Shown: piece by piece, positions 16,854 through 29,544 of the stretch
Position numbering within the stretch: position 1 is the stretch's first letter
Layout of the letters: each line of letters opens with the position of its first letter
Virus record (IMG/VR): IMGVR_UViG_2690315831_000002
Reading direction: 5' to 3' (one strand)
Origin: a virus
Taxonomy: Duplodnaviria; Heunggongvirae; Uroviricota; Caudoviricetes
Length of the DNA: 37,164 nt
Position numbers and translations under genes: made by a program
The notes under the pieces: model-generated
The model's input: only the letters and a program-made list of their open reading frames with translations
The model's database searches: none
What the model was told of the DNA's origin: nothing

Positions 16854-17316
16854 TCCTCAGCGTAAAGCTTTCCTCGATATGTTGGCGTGGTCAGAGGGAA
16901 CGGATAACGGGCGACAACCGACACGTAACCACGGTTATGATGTTATTGTTGGTGGTGAACTGTTTACTGATTACTCCGATCATCCTCGCAAACTTGTCAC
17001 GCTAAACCCGAAACTTAAATCAACAGCTGCCGGACGTTATCAGCTTCTTTCCCGTTGGTGGGATGCTTACCGTAAACAGCTTGGTTTGAAAGACTTCTCC
17101 CCCAAAAGCCAGGACGCTGTGGCATTGCAGCAGATTAAAGAGCGTGGCGCTTTACCGATGATTGATCGCGGTGATATTCGTCAGGCAATTGACCGTTGCA
17201 GCAATATCTGGGCTTCACTGCCGGGTGCTGGTTATGGTCAGTTCGAGCATAAGGCTGACAGCCTGATTGCAAAATTCAAAGAAGCAGGCGGAACGGTCAG
17301 AGAGATTGAGGTATGA
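16840..17316 (+). CDS. R: Endolysin R (lambda lytic transglycosylase)
   Basis: 158 aa, near-identical to lambda R ([46 protein letters not shown]...). Confidence 0.95.
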   Translation: MQNLNPQRKAFLDMLAWSEGTDNGRQPTRNHGYDVIVGGELFTDYSDHPRKLVTLNPKLKSTAAGRYQLLSRWWDAYRKQLGLKDFSPKSQDAVALQQIKERGALPMIDRGDIRQAIDRCSNIWASLPGAGYGQFEHKADSLIAKFKEAGGTVREIEV

Positions 17317-17774
17317 GCAGAGTAACCGCGATTATCTCCGCTCTGGTTATCTGCATCATCGTCTGCCTGTCATGGGCTGTTAATCATTACCACGATAACG
17401 CCATTACCTACAAAGCCCAGCGCGACAAAAATGCCAGAGAACTGAAGCTGGCGAACTCGACAATTACTGACATGCAGATGCGTCAGCGTGATGTTGCTGC
17501 GCTCGATGCAAAATACACGAAGGAGTTAGCTGATGCGAAAGCTGAAAATGATGCTCTGCGTGATGATGTTGCCGCTGGTCGTCGTCGGTTGCACATCAAA
17601 GCAGTCTGTCAGTCAGTGCGTGAAGCCACCACCGCCTCCGGCGTGGATAATGCAGCCTCCCCCCGACTGGCAGACACCGCTGAACGGGATTATTTCACCC
17701 TCAGAGAGAGGCTGATTACTATGCAAAAACAACTGGAAGGAACCCAGAAGTATATTAATGAGCAGTGCCGATAG
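17313..17774 (+). CDS. Rz: Spanin inner-membrane subunit Rz
   Basis: 153 aa, lambda Rz-like, with an N-terminal TM segment and a coiled coil. Confidence 0.9.
   Translation: MSRVTAIISALVICIIVCLSWAVNHYHDNAITYKAQRDKNARELKLANSTITDMQMRQRDVAALDAKYTKELADAKAENDALRDDVAAGRRRLHIKAVCQSVREATTASGVDNAASPRLADTAERDYFTLRERLITMQKQLEGTQKYINEQCR
17533..17715 (+). CDS. Rz1: Spanin outer-membrane lipoprotein Rz1, embedded in Rz in the +1 frame
   Basis: 60 aa with lipobox LVVVGC and a proline-rich region ([16 protein letters not shown]), as in lambda Rz1. Confidence 0.9.
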   Translation: MRKLKMMLCVMMLPLVVVGCTSKQSVSQCVKPPPPPAWIMQPPPDWQTPLNGIISPSERG

Positions 17775-17805
17775 AGCTGCCCATATCGATGGGCAACTCA
17801 TGCAA

Positions 17806-18099
17806 TTATTGTGAGCAATACACACGCGCTTCCAGCGGAGTATAAATGCCTAAAGTAATAAAACCGAGAAATCCATTTACGAATGTTTGCTGGGTTTCTG
17901 TTTTAACAACATTTTCTGCGCCGCCACAAATTTTGGCTGCATCAACAGTTTTCTCCTGTCCAATTCCCGAAACGAAGAAATGATGGGTGATGGTTTCCTT
18001 TGGTGTTACTGCTGTCGGTTTGTTTCCAACAGTAAACGTCTGTTGAGCACATCCTGTAATAAGCATTGCCAGAGCGGCAGAAAACAACATTTTTTTCAT
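17806..18099 (-). CDS. bor: Bor serum-resistance lipoprotein
   Basis: 97 aa from ATG 18099 (MKKMLFSAALAMLITGCAQQTFTVGNKPTAVTPKETITHHFFVSGIGQEK...), lambda Bor with lipobox LITGC. Confidence 0.9.
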   Translation of the reverse strand: MKKMLFSAALAMLITGCAQQTFTVGNKPTAVTPKETITHHFFVSGIGQEKTVDAAKICGGAENVVKTETQQTFVNGFLGFITLGIYTPLEARVYCSQ

Positions 18100-18267
18100 C
18101 TTATTATCCTGCATTGTTAAAAACGGCAGAATCCTATGTGACAACAATTAAACGATAGTTAAATGGATTGATGAAAATTAAAACTATATAGGTGGATGCT
18201 CAGCCTATTGGAGGAGGGGGGGGCACTCAGAATCCTGTGGAATGAAATAAACCGCTCTATCTGTTCA

Positions 18268-18492
18268 TTACCCTTTTAGCAGCGCTGTATCGTCGCCGTA
18301 TTCCCGCATTAACCATGACCGTAGCCCGACGGGGAATTCCTTCTGCGTGAGTGTGCGGGAATAATCAAAAACGATGCACACCGGGTTTTTACCGCGTTTA
18401 TGGTTCGCGGGGGTGTCCCTCATGCTCGCCAGTCCTGTGCGGGGGTGGAAGAAACAGGACGTGTATTCAGGTCTGTGTGACTGTGGTCGCAA
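18268..18492 (-). CDS. Hypothetical ORF in the lambda right-end region
   Basis: 74-aa ORF between bor and cos. No motif recognised, and it may be non-coding. Confidence 0.25.
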   Translation of the reverse strand: MRPQSHRPEYTSCFFHPRTGLASMRDTPANHKRGKNPVCIVFDYSRTLTQKEFPVGLRSWLMREYGDDTALLKG

Positions 18493-18539
18493 GACTTTTG
18501 TCGTTCAGCTATTAAATCCCATTACGAAGTAGACCAGAA

Positions 18540-18760
18540 CGGCCAACGGGTCCTTTCCGGCGATCCGACAGGTTACGGGGCGGCGACCTCGCGGGTTTTC
18601 GCTATTTATGAAAATTTTCCGGTTTAAGGCGTTTCCGTTCTTCTTCGCCGTAACTTAATGTTTTTATTTAAAACACCCCCTGAAAAGAAAGGAAACGACA
18701 GATGCTGAAAACGGGCTTTTTGGCCTCTGTCGTTTCCTTTTTCTGTTTTTGTCCGTGGAA
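18540..18760 (+). other. cos site (cosQ-cosN-cosB); 12-nt cohesive end GGGCGGCGACCT at 18578-18589
   Basis: CGACAGGTTACG|GGGCGGCGACCTCGCGGGTTTTCGCTATTTATGAAAATTTTCCGG matches the joined lambda right and left ends. nu1 follows. Confidence 0.9.
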
Positions 18761-18766
18761 TGAACA

Positions 18767-19286
18767 ATGGAAGTCAACAAAAAGCAGCTGGCTGACATTT
18801 TCGGCGCGAGCATCCGTACCATTCAGAACTGGCAGGAGCAGGGAATGCCCGTTCTGCGAGGCGGTGGCAAGGGTAATGAGGTGCTTTATGATTCTGCCGT
18901 CGTCATAAAATGGTATGCCGAAAGGGATGCTGAAATTGAGAACGAAAAGCTGCGGCGGGAAGTTGAAGAACTGCTGCAGGCCAGCGAGACAGATCTCCAG
19001 CCAGGGACTATTGAGTACGAACGCCATCGACTTACGCGTGCGCAGGCCGACGCACAGGAGCTAAAAAATGCCAGAGACTCCGCTGAAGTGGTGGAAACCG
19101 CATTCTGTACTTTCGTGCTGTCGCGGATCGCAGGTGAAATTGCCAGTATTCTCGACGGGATCCCCCTGTCGGTGCAGCGGCGTTTTCCGGAACTGGAAAA
19201 CCGACATGTTGATTTCCTGAAACGGGATATCATCAAAGCCATGAACAAAGCAGCCGCGCTGGATGAACTGATACCGGGGTTGCTGA

Positions 19287-19312
<26 letters not shown>
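18767..19312 (+). CDS. nu1: Terminase small subunit
   Basis: 181 aa, near-identical to lambda Nu1 (MEVNKKQLADIFGASIRTIQNWQEQGMPV...). Confidence 0.95.
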
Positions 19313-22993
<3,681 letters not shown>

Positions 22994-23013
<20 letters not shown>

Positions 23014-24313
23014 TCTCCCGCATATTGCCAGCATGGCTTTTAATGAGCCGCTGATGCTTGAACCCGCCTATGCGCGGGTTTTCTTTTGTGCGCTTGCAGG
23101 CCAGCTTGGGATCAGTCGCCTGACGGATGCAGTATCCGGCGACAGCCTGACTGCCGGAGAGGCACCCGCGGCGCTGGCGTTATCCGGTGATGATGACGGA
23201 CCACGACAGGCCCGCAGTTATCAGGTCATGAACGGCATCGCCGTGCTGCCGGTGTCCGGTACGCTGGTCAGCCGGACGCGGGCGCTGCAGCCGTATTCGG
23301 GAATGACCGGTTACAACGGCATTATCGCTCGTCTGCAACAGGCTGCCAGCGATCCGATGGTGGACGGCATTCTGCTCGATATGGACACACCGGGCGGGAT
23401 GGTGGCGGGAGCATTTGACTGTGCTGACATCATCGCCCGTGTGCGTGACATAAAGCCGGTATGGGCGCTGGCCAACGACATGAACTGCAGTGCAGGTCAG
23501 CTGCTTGCCAGCGCCGCCTCCCGGCGTCTGGTCACGCAGACCGCCCGGACAGGCTCCATCGGCGTCATGATGGCTCACAGTAATTACGGTGCTGCGCTGG
23601 AGAAACAGGGCGTGGAAATCACGCTGATTTACAGCGGCAGCCATAAGGTGGATGGCAACCCCTACAGCCATCTACCGGATGATGTCCGGGAAACACTGCA
23701 GTCCCGGATGGATGCAACCCGCCGGATGTTTGCACAGAAGGTGTCGGCATATACCGGCCTGTCCGTGCAGGCTGTGCTGGATACCGAGGCTGCAGTGTAC
23801 AGCGGTCAGGAGGCCATTGATGCCGGACTGGCTGATGAACTTGTCAACAGCACCGATGCGATCACCGTTATGCGTGATGCACTGGATGCACGTAAATCCC
23901 GTCTCTCAGGAGGGCGAATGACCAAAGAGACTCAATCAACAACTGTTTCAGCCACTGCTTCGCAGGCTGACGTTACTGGCGTGGTGCAAGCGACGGAGGG
24001 CGAGAACGCCAGCGCTGCGCAGCCGGACGTGAACGCGCAGATCACCGCAGCGGTTGCGGCAGAAAACAGTCGCATTATGGGGATCCTCAACTGTGAGGAG
24101 GCTCACGGACGCGAAGAACAGGCACGCGTGCTGGCCGAAACCCCCGGTATGACCGTGGAAACGGCCCGCCGTATTCTGGCTGCAGCACCACAGAGTGCAC
24201 AGGCGCGCAGTGACACTGCGCTGGATCGTCTGATGCAGGGGGCACCGGCACCGCTGGCTGCAGGTAACCCGGCATCTGATGCCGTTAACGATTTGCTGAA
24301 CACACCAGTGTAA
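22994..24313 (+). CDS. C: Head maturation protease C, with scaffold Nu3 nested in frame
   Basis: GTG 22994 gives 439 aa (VTAELRNLPHIASMAFNEPLMLEPAYARVFF...), matching lambda gpC. The track ORF's upstream extension overlaps B. Confidence 0.9.
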
Positions 24314-24322
24314 GGGATGTTT

Positions 24323-24655
24323 ATGACGAGCAAAGAAACCTTTACCCATTACCAGCCGCTGGGCAACAGTGACCCGGCACATACGGCAACCGCGCCCGGC
24401 GGATTGAGTGCGAAAGCGCCTGCAATGACCCCGCTGATGCTGGACACCTCCACCCGTAAGCTGGTTGCGTGGGATGGCACCACCGACGGTACTGCCGTTG
24501 GCATTCTGGCGGTTGATGCTGACCAGACCAGCACCACGCTGACGTTCTACAAGTCCGGCACGTTCCGTTATGAGGATGTGCTCTGGCCGGAGGCTGCCAG
24601 CGACGAGACGAAAAAACGGACCGCGTTTGCCGGAACGGCAATCAGCATCGTTTAA
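24323..24655 (+). CDS. D: Head decoration protein D
   Basis: 110 aa from ATG 24323 ([40 protein letters not shown]...), lambda gpD. Confidence 0.95.
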   Translation: MTSKETFTHYQPLGNSDPAHTATAPGGLSAKAPAMTPLMLDTSTRKLVAWDGTTDGTAVGILAVDADQTSTTLTFYKSGTFRYEDVLWPEAASDETKKRTAFAGTAISIV

Positions 24656-24676
24656 CCTTACCCTTCATCACTAAAG

Positions 24677-24697
24677 GCCGCCTGTGCGGCTTTTTTT
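24677..24697 (+). terminator. D-E intergenic stem-loop (GCCGC-ctgt-GCGGC followed by T7)
   Basis: The hairpin and T-run are read directly from the sequence. The same structure sits between D and E in lambda. Confidence 0.5.
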
Positions 24698-24710
24698 ACG
24701 GGATTTTTTT

Positions 24711-25403
24711 ATGTCGATGTACACAACCGCCCAGCTGCTGGCGGCAAATGAGCAGAAATTTAAGTTTGATCCGCTGTTTCTGCGTCTCTTTTTCCGTGAG
24801 AGCTATCCCTTCACCACGGAGAAAGTCTATCTCTCACAAATTCCGGGACTGGTATCCGGTGCGCCTGTATGGGCGTCTGAACATCAGTCCACGCTGAGCG
24901 CGGGGTATCTTCATGCCCGGACGAACGTTCCCAGCAGTGATGATCTGAACGGGATTAACGTGAAATACCGTTATGAGTTTACGGACACACTGGGGATGGT
25001 GACGTCGTTCAGCTATGCAGGAGACAAGAATCGCCAGCTTACCCGTTACAGCGATACCCGCTGGCATGAAGATTCCGTGCGTAACCGCTGGTTCAGCGTG
25101 ATGGCGGGGCCGTCTGTACGCGTGAATGAATGGTTCAGCGCGTATGCGATGGCAGGCGTGGCTTACAGCCGTGTGTCGACTTTTTCCGGGGATTATCTCC
25201 GCGTAACTGACAACAAGGGAAAAACGCACGACGTGCTGACCGGAAGTGATGACGCTCGCCACAGTAACACCTCTCTGGCGTGGGGAGCTGGCGTGCAGTT
25301 TAACCCGACCGAATCCGTGGCCGTTGATGTCGCTTATGAAGGCTCCGGCAGTGGCAACTGGCGCACTGACGGGTTCATCGTGGGTGTCGGTTATAAGTTC
25401 TGA
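24711..25403 (+). pseudogene. In-frame chimera: major capsid E codons 1-48 fused to a Lom/Ail-family outer-membrane protein that lacks most of its signal peptide
   Basis: MSMYTTAQLLAANEQKFKFDPLFLRLFFRESYPFTTEKVYLSQIPGLV is the lambda E N-terminus. From 24855 the ORF reads SGAPVWASEHQSTLSAGYLH...GINVKYRYEFTD...WRTDGFIVGVGYKF, a Lom-family beta-barrel. The lambda sequence ...CTGGTAAACATGGCG is replaced by ...CTGGTATCCGGTGCG. Confidence 0.85.
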
Positions 25404-25430
25404 TTAGCCAGGTAACACAGTGTTATGACA

Positions 25431-25456
25431 GCCCGCCGGTTCAGGCGGGCTTTTTT
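25431..25456 (+). terminator. Rho-independent terminator after lom
   Basis: GCCCGCC-ggttca-GGCGGGC is followed by T6. Confidence 0.8.
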
Positions 25457-25467
25457 GTGGGGTGAAT

Positions 25468-27012
25468 ATGGCAGTAAAGATTTCAGGTGTACTGAAAGAC
25501 GGTGCAGGTAAACCGGTACAGAACTGCACAATCCAGCTGAAAGCAAAACGTAACAGCACCACGGTGGTGGTGAACACGCTGGCCTCAGAAAATCCGGATG
25601 AAGCCGGGCGTTACAGCATGGACGTTGAGTACGGTCAGTACAGCGTTATTCTGTTGGTGGAAGGATTCCCGCCGTCACATGCCGGGACCATCACCGTGTA
25701 TGAAGATTCTCAACCCGGTACGCTGAATGATTTTCTCGGTGCCATGACGGAGGATGATGCCCGTCCGGAGGCACTGCGCCGTTTTGAACTGATGGTGGAA
25801 GAGGTGGCGCGTAACGCGTCCGCAGTGGCACAGAACACGGCAGCCGCGAAGAAGTCAGCCAGCGATGCCGGCACATCAGCCCGTGAGGCGGCAACCCATG
25901 CGACTGATGCTGCAGGCTCAGCACGCGCAGCCAGCACGTCAGCCGGACAGGCCGCTTCGTCGGCTCAGTCAGCGTCTTCCAGCGCAGGAACGGCATCAAC
26001 AAAGGCCACTGAAGCATCAAAAAGTGCTGCCGCTGCAGAGTCCTCAAAAAGCGCGGCGGCCACCAGTGCCGGTGCGGCGAAAACGTCAGAAACGAATGCT
26101 GCAGTGTCACAAAAATCTGCAGCTACTTCTGCATCCACCGCGACCACGAAAGCGTCAGAAGCTGCCACCTCAGCCCGGGATGCGGCGGCCTCAAAAGAGG
26201 TAGCGAAATCATCAGAAACGAACGCATCATCAAGTGCCAGTAGTGCAGCTTCCTCGGCAACGGCGGCAGGAAATTCCGCGAAGGCCGCAAAAACGTCTGA
26301 GACGAATGCGGATAACAGCGCACAGGCGGCAGCAGACTCACAAACTGCATCGGCAAACTCCGCGACAGCAGCCAAAAAATCAGAAACCAACGCGAAAAAT
26401 AGCGAGGCAGCAGCAAAGAGCAGCGAAACAAACGCTAAAGCCAGCGAAACTAATGCTAAATCCAGTGAAACAAACGCGGCGAAATCTGCGGCGGACGCAC
26501 TTAATTATCGCAACCAGGCCCAGGGTATTGTTGGTACTAACATCGGTTTGGGATCATCACCGCGTGATTGCTCTGACATCTCAGGAAATCCATCAGGTTA
26601 TATTGGCTTTATGCGCATCATGGCTGATGCAACAGGTTTCCCGTCTATTGCATCCGGTGAAAGCAGTCTTACGGGGTTTATTAGTCAGGTAGATGGAACT
26701 CCAGCGTATACAGGTGTATTTCAGGGATGGACTACTCGCTCGCTTTATACCTATCGCTGGAGTCCGACAACAGGCCCGCAATGGACACGCCACGCTCGCA
26801 AAAATGAAGTGGACCGTCTTGACCAATGGAATAGCGAAACATGGTTATATAACCATGATAAATCCATGCGCCTGGGTTTAACCGGATCAACATGGGGGTG
26901 TTACAGCGACACACAAAAAAATGGATACCACTTGATGTTTCTCATGGTGGCACTGGCGCAAATAGCCTTGATGACGCCAAAACTAATTTGCAAATCCCTG
27001 AGGGTGGGTTAA
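25468..27012 (+). CDS. stf: Side tail fibre Stf, N-terminal portion (frame interrupted near 26915-26921)
   Basis: MAVKISGVLKDG.GKPVQNCTIQLKA.RNSTTVVVNT...DEAGRYSMDVEYGQYSVIL matches the lambda Stf N-terminus. An Ala/Ser-rich rod follows. Confidence 0.85.
   Translation: MAVKISGVLKDGAGKPVQNCTIQLKAKRNSTTVVVNTLASENPDEAGRYSMDVEYGQYSVILLVEGFPPSHAGTITVYEDSQPGTLNDFLGAMTEDDARPEALRRFELMVEEVARNASAVAQNTAAAKKSASDAGTSAREAATHATDAAGSARAASTSAGQAASSAQSASSSAGTASTKATEASKSAAAAESSKSAAATSAGAAKTSETNAAVSQKSAATSASTATTKASEAATSARDAAASKEVAKSSETNASSSASSAASSATAAGNSAKAAKTSETNADNSAQAAADSQTASANSATAAKKSETNAKNSEAAAKSSETNAKASETNAKSSETNAAKSAADALNYRNQAQGIVGTNIGLGSSPRDCSDISGNPSGYIGFMRIMADATGFPSIASGESSLTGFISQVDGTPAYTGVFQGWTTRSLYTYRWSPTTGPQWTRHARKNEVDRLDQWNSETWLYNHDKSMRLGLTGSTWGCYSDTQKNGYHLMFLMVALAQIALMTPKLICKSLRVG
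26083..26480 (+). repeat. Coding repeats in the Stf rod: SETNA motif about 7 times, with tandem 7-aa units K(A/S)SETNA at 26374-26480
   Basis: Protein segments AKTSETNA, AKSSETNA, AKTSETNA and KKSETNAKNSEAAAKSSETNAKASETNAKSSETNAAK. The corresponding DNA repeats are imperfect. Confidence 0.6.
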
Positions 27013-29069
27013 CAAAAGCGATGACCATTAATGCACCTGGTGGTGCAGTGGATGGCAAATACTACCCTGTCATAATAGACACATCCGCAATGGAAGGTTA
27101 CGGCAACCTGACATGTCCTATTGATATAAAAACAGCAGGACGTTCATCATCAGACCCGCTTAATAGCAATACATTTAGTGGATATTTTCGATGCGGTGGC
27201 TGGAGTGACTCCAGAGATATAGCTTGCGGCTCATTTGTTGCCTATGACAAAAATGAGCTAGGGATACTTTGCCTTAAAGTATCGCAGAAAGACTATCCGC
27301 AATATGTAGCGTTCTATATCCATAAAGCCGCTTTCCCGATATTATTGCAAACAGGCTATAAAGCACGAGTCATTGTACCAACAGAAGATTATATAATCGG
27401 CACAAGCGGCGTTAAATATAAATTTGGTGTATCAACGTCAACAGAGGGTAACGCCGAGAACGCTGTTAAAAATGCTCTCGATTTCACTGGCGGTGAAAGC
27501 GGGTTTTATAGCAACCTGCCGTTCCGGCAAGGATACGCCTATAATGTCGCATTAACAAACGGGATGGTTCTTGATAAGAATTTTGTCTTAACCGCTCCAG
27601 TATTTATGAACAATGGCGAGGTTAAAGCAACAAAATCTTTCACCGCGTACGGTACGGATGTTTCAAACAGAACATTTGTTTCTCAAGGATTACAATCCGA
27701 AGGAGGTCCGGTTGTCGATCAAACTGAACTAAGGGCTGGTAACGGGCAAGGTGAAATTGTTGTCAGGGACATAAATAATTCAGGGAACAGCAAGTTCTTT
27801 AATTTTAACCTTGATGGTACCTTCAGTTCTTATCAGGGATTGGTTGTTCACACAGGGCAAAACTGGAGCACTCAACATACAGAGAATGTAAATAAGTTTA
27901 AGCCAATAGCAGGGAGCGCAGGCGGTCCTGACGGAACAATGGTTGTTGGCGGGTTCCATGCTCAATTTAGCGGTAATTACGTCACACAATTCGCCGGTCG
28001 CAACTCCAAATTTTGGGCAAGAAGCTTTGAGGCTGGGGTTGATAAGGGATGGAAACGACTATTAACAGTAGACGATCTCAATTCATCTACCGATCTTGCT
28101 GTCAGGTCATTAACCACATCTAACCCGGTAAAATCTGGCGGAGGGCGAATTGATGTCCTTGGAAGCACGTCAGACTATAGCAAAATGGATTGCTTTGTAC
28201 GTGGGTTTGATAGCACCGGTAATTCTCTCGCGTGGGCGTTGGGTTCATCAGTCGGCGTAAGTAAGATGCTGTCGCTAAAAAATTTCTTTAGCGGAGCTGA
28301 GATACTGCTAAATGGTAATGACGGCGCGGTTCAACTCAAAACAGGTGCTGTTAACGGGGCTACAGCGCAGACGCTCACTATCAACAAGAATGAGGTTAAC
28401 TCAACCGTTGATTTAACCCTTACAAAGCAATCAGGGACTGGTAATCGTTTTGTTTTACAGAACTCAGGTAATGCAGAACTACCGTTTTCTGTCAGGGTGT
28501 GGGGTTCCAGTACTCGACAAAACGTTTTTGAGGTTGGAACGTCTGCTGCGTATCTGTTTTATGCGCAAAAAACGTCAGCAGGCCAGTTGTTTGATGTAAA
28601 TGGCGCTATTAATTGCACAACGCTGAATCAGTCATCAGACCGCGACCTTAAAGACGATATTCTCGTTATCAGCGACGCGACGAAAGCAATCCGTAAAATG
28701 AACGGATACACCTACACGCTCAAGGAAAACGGGATGCCTTATGCTGGCGTTATTGCACAGGAAGTAATGGAGGCGATACCAGAAGCTGTGGGATCGTTTA
28801 CTCATTATGGTGAAGAGTTGCAAGGTCCGACCGTTGACGGCAACGAGCTACGCGAAGAAACTCGCTATCTTAATGTTGACTACTCCGCCGTGACGGGTTT
28901 ACTTGTTCAGGTCGCCCGTGAAACAGATGATCGCGTTACCGCGCTGGAAGAGGAAAACACAACGCTACGTCAAAATCTGGCAACAGCAGGCACCCGGATC
29001 AGCACTCTGGAAAATCAGGTAAGCGAACTGGTTGCACTTGTCCGGCAGTTAACAGGAAGCGAACATTGA
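26892..29069 (+). CDS. Side tail fibre, C-terminal portion in an alternative frame; ends in an intramolecular-chaperone (peptidase S74-like) domain
   Basis: WIPLDVSHGGTGANSLDDAKTNLQI is a typical fibre linker motif. The C-terminus (SSDRDLKDDI...MNGYTYTLKENG...AGVIAQEV...NVDYSAVTGLLVQ plus a coiled coil) resembles endosialidase-type autocleaving chaperone domains. Confidence 0.75.
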   Translation: MGVLQRHTKKWIPLDVSHGGTGANSLDDAKTNLQIPEGGLTKAMTINAPGGAVDGKYYPVIIDTSAMEGYGNLTCPIDIKTAGRSSSDPLNSNTFSGYFRCGGWSDSRDIACGSFVAYDKNELGILCLKVSQKDYPQYVAFYIHKAAFPILLQTGYKARVIVPTEDYIIGTSGVKYKFGVSTSTEGNAENAVKNALDFTGGESGFYSNLPFRQGYAYNVALTNGMVLDKNFVLTAPVFMNNGEVKATKSFTAYGTDVSNRTFVSQGLQSEGGPVVDQTELRAGNGQGEIVVRDINNSGNSKFFNFNLDGTFSSYQGLVVHTGQNWSTQHTENVNKFKPIAGSAGGPDGTMVVGGFHAQFSGNYVTQFAGRNSKFWARSFEAGVDKGWKRLLTVDDLNSSTDLAVRSLTTSNPVKSGGGRIDVLGSTSDYSKMDCFVRGFDSTGNSLAWALGSSVGVSKMLSLKNFFSGAEILLNGNDGAVQLKTGAVNGATAQTLTINKNEVNSTVDLTLTKQSGTGNRFVLQNSGNAELPFSVRVWGSSTRQNVFEVGTSAAYLFYAQKTSAGQLFDVNGAINCTTLNQSSDRDLKDDILVISDATKAIRKMNGYTYTLKENGMPYAGVIAQEVMEAIPEAVGSFTHYGEELQGPTVDGNELREETRYLNVDYSAVTGLLVQVARETDDRVTALEEENTTLRQNLATAGTRISTLENQVSELVALVRQLTGSEH

Positions 29070-29240
29070 TATCCTTCAAGCCCTGAAGGAGGCTGTTCCT
29101 GGTACGTTCAGACTGTTGCTGAGCTGGAGATCGCAACGGAGGAAGAGAAAGCGTTTCTGGCCGCATGGAAAACATATCGGGTATTGCTGAACCGTGTTGA
29201 TACAGTAAACCCCGTCTGGCCTCCACCTTCGAAGCGATAG
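29070..29240 (+). pseudogene. tfa: Tail-fibre assembly protein (Tfa) 3' remnant
   Basis: The frame from 29112 reads [31 protein letters not shown]...WPPP*, matching the conserved Tfa C-terminus ([26 protein letters not shown]). No N-terminal two-thirds is present. Confidence 0.7.
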
Positions 29241-29544
29241 CCCAGCAACTCCTAAATAGCTGCGCATAATACCGCTACACCTGCCGTTTTACTGACATTT
29301 GGAATATTGCGTGAGGGCAACATATCGAGGGGCAGATACAGCTCGGTCAAATAGAAAAACAGCCCCACTATTTACCATGCAATAGCTGGTCAAAAGGAGA
29401 GCACTATTCCGCTCCGCGTAGTATTTTGTGTTTATAGTGATAACTTAGGTAATGCTTAGTCACTAAGATACTTTGCTATTGGAGAGCGATTTATAATGTG
29501 GGCGCAACAGATTTTTACTATTGCGCCACTTGCTCTTGTGAGTA

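Noticed and set aside
18216-18223. G8 homopolymer between bor and cos, and G11 at 31043-31053, as phase-variation switches
   Set aside because: The first is intergenic with no adjacent start codon. The second lies in an already multiply disrupted pseudogene. No functional ORF depends on either tract.
25691-26431. Long antisense and alternate-frame ORFs in the Ala/Ser-rich part of stf (25691-26110, 25865-26203, 25965-26390, 26123-26431, 26234-26692)
   Set aside because: They are a consequence of the repetitive GCN/TCN-rich rod-encoding sequence. The Stf frame is supported by the lambda match.
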